Below, one piece after another: positions 38,811 through 43,347 of a stretch of 43,347 bases of DNA. Every line of letters begins with the position of its first letter. Position 1 is the first letter of the stretch. The notes below the pieces were generated by a model that saw nothing but the letters and a program-made list of their open reading frames with translations, had not been told where the DNA came from and ran no database searches. The translations under genes and the position numbers were made by a program. Origin of the DNA: an uncultured Bacilli bacterium (GTDB lineage: Bacteria > Bacillota_I > Bacilli_A > RF39 > UBA660); the NCBI GenBank assembly GCA_947522695.1, contig CANNTX010000002.1, forward strand, positions 1 through 43,347, written 5' to 3'.

Positions 38811-39677
38811 ATGAAAAAAATATTATTATTAATCTCATTCTTATTACCAATATTTATAAGTAGTTTTAATAAAACTACTTTTTTATTTTCTAATAAGGAT
38901 AAAAATATAATTGTTCATTTAACTGATTTAGATTTATATCTAGATTTAAATGACTATGTTACCGGGGTTGTTGCATCCGAAATGCCCGCTTTATTTAATG
39001 ATGAAGCTTTAAAAGCCCAAGCGGTAGCAGCCAGAAGTTTTGCAACATCAAAAATGGAAAATAATTATTTAGAACTAACGTCAGGAATAAGTGATCAAGT
39101 ATATAGTCCAATTTATAAATTGCAAGAAAAATGGCAATCTGACTTTGATAAATATTATCAAAAAATATCAAAATGTGTTAAATCAACTAATAATGAAGTA
39201 ATAAAAAGAGATAATAAAATCCTAAGAACCTATTATTTTTCTATGAGTAATGGTTATACTGAAAATTCTCAAACTGTATTTAATGATACCACTTTTACCA
39301 GTGTTAAATCTCTTGAAAATGAAGATACTCCAAATTATAAATTCCAAAAAACTTTTTCAGCAGAAGAACTTCAAAAAATCTTGAATATATCAAACATAAA
39401 TATTCAAAGTATCGAAAGAAACAATACAAACCATGTTTCCACAATAACTATTAATAACAAAATATATACTGGAATTCAATTCCGTAAATTACTAAATCTT
39501 CGTTCTACTGATTTTACTATTCAAAAACAAGATAATAACTACATTATAACCACAATAGGTTATGGTCATGGAGTAGGAATGAGTCAATATGGAGCTAACC
39601 AAATGGCCAAAAATGGCTCTAATTATAAAGAAATATTAAATCATTATTATGAAAATACCGAAATATCTGAAATTTAA
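38811..39677 (+). CDS. spoIID: Stage II sporulation protein D (SpoIID/LytB family lytic transglycosylase)
   Basis: ALKAQAVAARSFA and GHGVGMSQYGA motifs; signal/TM at the N-terminus. Confidence 0.88.
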   Translation: MKKILLLISFLLPIFISSFNKTTFLFSNKDKNIIVHLTDLDLYLDLNDYVTGVVASEMPALFNDEALKAQAVAARSFATSKMENNYLELTSGISDQVYSPIYKLQEKWQSDFDKYYQKISKCVKSTNNEVIKRDNKILRTYYFSMSNGYTENSQTVFNDTTFTSVKSLENEDTPNYKFQKTFSAEELQKILNISNINIQSIERNNTNHVSTITINNKIYTGIQFRKLLNLRSTDFTIQKQDNNYIITTIGYGHGVGMSQYGANQMAKNGSNYKEILNHYYENTEISEI

Positions 39678-39722
39678 AGTATAAAAATTAATAAATTACC
39701 CAAACTTTTAATAGGAGGAAAT

Positions 39723-40364
39723 ATGAATAAAAAATATAAATTAAAAGGGTGGGTAGTTTTTTCAGTATATGCTATTTCAATTATTACAATTATTTCAAGC
39801 TTATACTTAGTAGGTAAGACATTAGAAGGAATGATTTATTCAAATGAATCTATATCTTATGTTTATAGAGGAATAATTGATGATGCAGTCCCAGTTATAA
39901 GTACTACAAAGAGTAAAAAGTTTACAATGCCTTATCAAGATGGAAATGTGAAAATTATTAAAAACTTCTATGATAAAGATTCTGATAATGTAACTCAAGA
40001 AAACTCATTAATACTTTACCAAAATACCTATATGCCAAATACCGGTATTCTTTACGGAAATGATAATGTTTTTGATGTATTAGCAGTTCTTGACGGAACA
40101 GTTGAATCAGTAACAACAGATGAAGTATTAGGAAATATTATAACCATTAGACATACCAATAATATGACAACAACATATGAAAGTTTAAATAATGTTGACG
40201 TAATTGTTGGTCAAGCAGTTAATCAAGGTGACATAATTGGTAAAAGTGGAACAAACAAAGTAGAATCATCTACAAATTCAATGTTATTATTTGAAGTAAA
40301 CTACAATGGTAATAATATCAATCCAACAAATATTTATGATAAAGAAATAAATGAACTTAATTAA
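39723..40364 (+). CDS. SpoIIQ-like membrane protein with degenerate LytM/M23 domain
   Basis: N-terminal TM followed by an M23 fold pattern (VLAVLDGTVESV...GQAVNQGDIIGKSG). The His ligands appear replaced (LYGND for HxxxD, YESL, MLLFE for HLHFE). Confidence 0.65.
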   Translation: MNKKYKLKGWVVFSVYAISIITIISSLYLVGKTLEGMIYSNESISYVYRGIIDDAVPVISTTKSKKFTMPYQDGNVKIIKNFYDKDSDNVTQENSLILYQNTYMPNTGILYGNDNVFDVLAVLDGTVESVTTDEVLGNIITIRHTNNMTTTYESLNNVDVIVGQAVNQGDIIGKSGTNKVESSTNSMLLFEVNYNGNNINPTNIYDKEINELN

Positions 40365-40894
40365 TGTTTACTTTTGAATTAACAGATAATTATATACTTA
40401 TTTATAATCATAAAACAAAAGAAATAATAAAAGAAGAAATCCCTTATAATATTATCTCAAATAATAAAATATATGATTATCTAAAATTAAACAAAATAAT
40501 AATTGATATTATTAACAAATACAAATTATTAAATTCACTATTTAAAACAAAGATAAATATTTTAATTTTTGAAAATAAAACTCCAACAGAAATATATCTT
40601 TTAAAAAATTTATTTAAAAATCTTTCTAACATAAACATAAATCTTATTCATGTTTCTAGTTTATTTGATAATAAACATTTATTTATAAGTGGAAATAAAT
40701 TATATTATCAAGATAAAAAAGTTGAAAGATTAAATAATAATGAATATATTTTAGTTGGTTATAATGAAAATTATCCTAAATTAAAAGAAAAAATATATCA
40801 AAAATATAATATTAAATTATTACAATATGAAGATTCTTATCGTAAAATATTCGACAAAGTCTTCTGTTTACTTTTAATATTGTTAATTGTATAA
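40364..40894 (+). CDS. Hypothetical protein (176 aa, C-terminal hydrophobic tail)
   Basis: TAATG overlap with the preceding gene. No family recognised. Confidence 0.55.
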   Translation: MFTFELTDNYILIYNHKTKEIIKEEIPYNIISNNKIYDYLKLNKIIIDIINKYKLLNSLFKTKINILIFENKTPTEIYLLKNLFKNLSNININLIHVSSLFDNKHLFISGNKLYYQDKKVERLNNNEYILVGYNENYPKLKEKIYQKYNIKLLQYEDSYRKIFDKVFCLLLILLIV

Positions 40895-40920
40895 TTATTA
40901 TAATAAAGGAGTAAACAATA

Positions 40921-41481
40921 ATGATTCAAATTGATAAAAAATTTGCTTATATATTTGTAATATTAACAGCAACAATGTTATTAATTACTGGTAGTTTTTT
41001 AATATTTAAATCAAGTGCATATCTTTCAAGAGATAAAATAGTTACAACAAGACCTAATAAAAATACTGAAATAAGTGTTGTAAATGAAAAAATTGAATTA
41101 ACAGATGAATTAAAAAATGATTTAAAACAATTAATTCCTAAAAATACTTGTAATGAAGATTTATTATACTCACAATTTAATGGTGGATTTTATCTAGGTA
41201 TAAATAATGATGAATCACTTGAAGATTGTCCAAATATTAAAGTATATACCAAAGATTATAATTGGCAATCATCATCAGATGAAATAATGTTATATAGTTA
41301 TGTTCTTTTATTTGACGGTGTAAACTATGGTAAAACATATCAAAATTTAGTAGTTCCAAGTTCTAAAATTGAATCACTATCCGAAAATTCTTTTATAGGT
41401 TATGGTGGTAAATATAAATTCACTTTTGCAAAAGTAAATAATGATTATGTTTATACTTCAACAAGTTACATAAATTCTTAG
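40921..41481 (+). CDS. Hypothetical membrane-anchored protein (186 aa)
   Basis: SD AAGGAG upstream; one N-terminal TM. No family recognised. Confidence 0.55.
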   Translation: MIQIDKKFAYIFVILTATMLLITGSFLIFKSSAYLSRDKIVTTRPNKNTEISVVNEKIELTDELKNDLKQLIPKNTCNEDLLYSQFNGGFYLGINNDESLEDCPNIKVYTKDYNWQSSSDEIMLYSYVLLFDGVNYGKTYQNLVVPSSKIESLSENSFIGYGGKYKFTFAKVNNDYVYTSTSYINS

Positions 41482-41553
41482 ATTTCTAAGAGTTTTTTCT
41501 TTTTCTTAAAAAAGTTATGATATAATTAATTAAAGATAGATTGGAGATAAAAT

Positions 41554-43347
41554 ATGAAAGTTGTTGATGGAAATACTGCCTGTTCTATGATGGCCTATAA
41601 ATTAAGTGATATAAGTTTTATATATCCAATAACCCCATCTAGTCCTATGGCAAGTAACATAGATAATATGAATAATAAAGACATTAAAAATATTTTTAAT
41701 GATAATGTAAATGTTTATGAAATGCAAAGTGAAGCAGGTGCTGCTGGTGCCCTTCATGGTGCTTTAAACGCTGGAAACTTAGGTACAACCTTTACTGCAA
41801 GTCAAGGATTACTTTTAATGATTCCTAATATGTATAAAATGGCTGGAGAATGTTTACCTGCTGTAATTCATGTAGCTGCTCGTAGCTTAGCAACCCATGC
41901 CTTAAGTATTTTTGGTGATCATCAAGATATTTATAGTGCAAGACAAACTGGCTTTTGCTATTTAGCAAGTACGAATGTTCAAGATGCTCATAATTTAGCC
42001 TTAATTTCCCATTTATCAGCCATTGAAAGTAGTTTACCATTTTTACATTTCTTTGATGGCTTTAGAACCAGTCATGAATATAATGTTATAAATGAAATAA
42101 GTGATGATGTAATCAAGAAATTAGTAAATTATGATAAAATCACTGAATTTAGAAATCGTGCTTTAAACTCAAATAAAAGTATCACTAAAGGAACAGCTCA
42201 AAATGAAGATATCTATTTTCAATCAGTACTAACAAGAAATAAAGATTACGCCAAAGTTCCTGATATCGTAAACGATTATATGCAAAAACTAAACAAAGAA
42301 ATAGGAACAGACTATAAACCATTTAATTACTATGGTGGAACAAACGCTAAAGTAGTGCTTATCGCTATGGGATCAGTATGTGATACTATTAAATCAGTTG
42401 TAAAAAATAATCCCTTATTTGGTTTAATCGAAGTCCATCTATATCGTCCATTTAGTAAAGAATACCTACTTAACGTTTTACCAAAAACTACTAAAATAAT
42501 TGGCGTATTAGATCGTACAAAAGAACATGGTGCCAGTGGTAACCCCTTATATTTAGATGTATTATCATCTCTTAAAAATACCAATATCAAAATTTATGGT
42601 GGAATCTATGGACTATCAAGTAAGAATACCACCCCAAATGATATTTACGATGTATACATGAATTTATTAAATAATCCTAAAGATGATTTCTCAGTCGGTG
42701 TTATAGATGACGTAACAAATACAAGCCTAACTCACTATAAATATATTGAAGAAGATAATTTTAGAGAATTTAAAATCTTTGGTTATGGTTCGGATGGATC
42801 CGTAAGTGCATCAAAAGATATGTTAAAAATCTTAGGTAAATCTGCTTATGTTCAAGGTTATTTCGAATATGACTCTAAAAAAAGTGGTGGCGTAACAGTT
42901 TCCCATTTAAGATTATCTAACAACCCAATAAATGCCCCATACTATACAAATCATCCTGAATTATTAGTAGTAACCAAAGACGAATATTTCCATAAATTTG
43001 ACATGATAACCGGTTTAAAACCAGGCGGTAATTTAATAATAAATACCTCAAAAACCGAAGAAGAACTAAATAAATTCCTGCCAACAAACATTAAAGAATA
43101 TCTAAATGCAAATAATATCAAAACATATATAATAAATGCTAGTAAATTAGCCGAAGAAAATGGAATTAAAGGTAAAATAAGTTTAATAATCGAAACCTCA
43201 ATTTTAAATTTACTAAATATTCCAAATTACCAAAATATCTTAATTGAAAACGTTAAAGAAAGATTTAGAGCTAAAGGAGAATCTATTGTTGAAAGTAATA
43301 TCAAAGTTATAAAAGAAACTCCAAATAATCTATTTAATATCAAGATT
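41554..43347 (+). CDS. nifJ: Pyruvate:ferredoxin (flavodoxin) oxidoreductase, N-terminal ~598 aa (continues past window end)
   Basis: Unterminated frame from the ATG at 41554, so absent from the ORF track. My translation is MKVVDGNTACSMMAYKLSDISFIYPITPSSPM...EAGAAGALHGAL...TFTASQGLLLMIPNMYKMAGE, typical of PFOR domain I. Minus-strand ORFs 41825..42040 and 42330..42590 are shadows. Confidence 0.88.
   Translation, partial: MKVVDGNTACSMMAYKLSDISFIYPITPSSPMASNIDNMNNKDIKNIFNDNVNVYEMQSEAGAAGALHGALNAGNLGTTFTASQGLLLMIPNMYKMAGECLPAVIHVAARSLATHALSIFGDHQDIYSARQTGFCYLASTNVQDAHNLALISHLSAIESSLPFLHFFDGFRTSHEYNVINEISDDVIKKLVNYDKITEFRNRALNSNKSITKGTAQNEDIYFQSVLTRNKDYAKVPDIVNDYMQKLNKEIGTDYKPFNYYGGTNAKVVLIAMGSVCDTIKSVVKNNPLFGLIEVHLYRPFSKEYLLNVLPKTTKIIGVLDRTKEHGASGNPLYLDVLSSLKNTNIKIYGGIYGLSSKNTTPNDIYDVYMNLLNNPKDDFSVGVIDDVTNTSLTHYKYIEEDNFREFKIFGYGSDGSVSASKDMLKILGKSAYVQGYFEYDSKKSGGVTVSHLRLSNNPINAPYYTNHPELLVVTKDEYFHKFDMITGLKPGGNLIINTSKTEEELNKFLPTNIKEYLNANNIKTYIINASKLAEENGIKGKISLIIETSILNLLNIPNYQNILIENVKERFRAKGESIVESNIKVIKETPNNLFNIKI

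Overview
Very AT-rich, low-GC Bacillota (Firmicutes-type) chromosome segment centred on the replication origin. No tRNA, rRNA, transposase, phage or CRISPR/cas content was seen.

Gene orientation switches at oriC. DnaA-box clusters lie at 16485..16599 and 17986..18220, flanking dnaA.

Left arm (minus strand): mfd (partial), pth, yabB-like methyltransferase, ricT/yaaT, holB, bofA-like, recR, ebfC, dnaX, tadA and a minimal 71-nt SRP RNA. Then comes a ~2-kb non-coding array, followed by gyrA, gyrB, recF, a ComK-family gene, dnaN and dnaA.

Right arm (plus strand):
- rpmH, rnpA, yidC, jag, an orphan ORF, mnmE, mnmG, rsmG, and one Noc-like ParB-family gene with no soj/spo0J after it.
- A head-on class A PBP, then small unknowns and a J-domain protein.
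- rpoE, prfA, prmC, spoIIR, mntP, murA and two unknowns.
- An S-box-like leader plus metK, then rpmE, rpiB and a DUF1146 protein.
- spoIID, a degenerate-LytM SpoIIQ-like protein, two unknowns and the start of a pyruvate:ferredoxin oxidoreductase.

Main finding: the 7.1-9.05 kb intergenic region is a centromere-like array. It interleaves 8-11 copies of the perfectly symmetric parS palindrome TGTTTCACGTGAAACA with 4 perfect copies of the Noc-binding palindrome TATTTCCCGGGAAATA. The sites sit in a higher-order tandem repeat bracketed by DnaA boxes.

The only ParB-family protein in the window has Noc-type recognition-helix residues. It lacks the N-terminal membrane-targeting segment and carries a ~170-aa Pro/Glu-rich insertion.

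Secondary observations:
- Three exactly phased Spo0A-box matches upstream of the ComK-like gene.
- An orphan gene flanked by a duplicated terminator/promoter module.
- A P4-less S-box-like metK leader.
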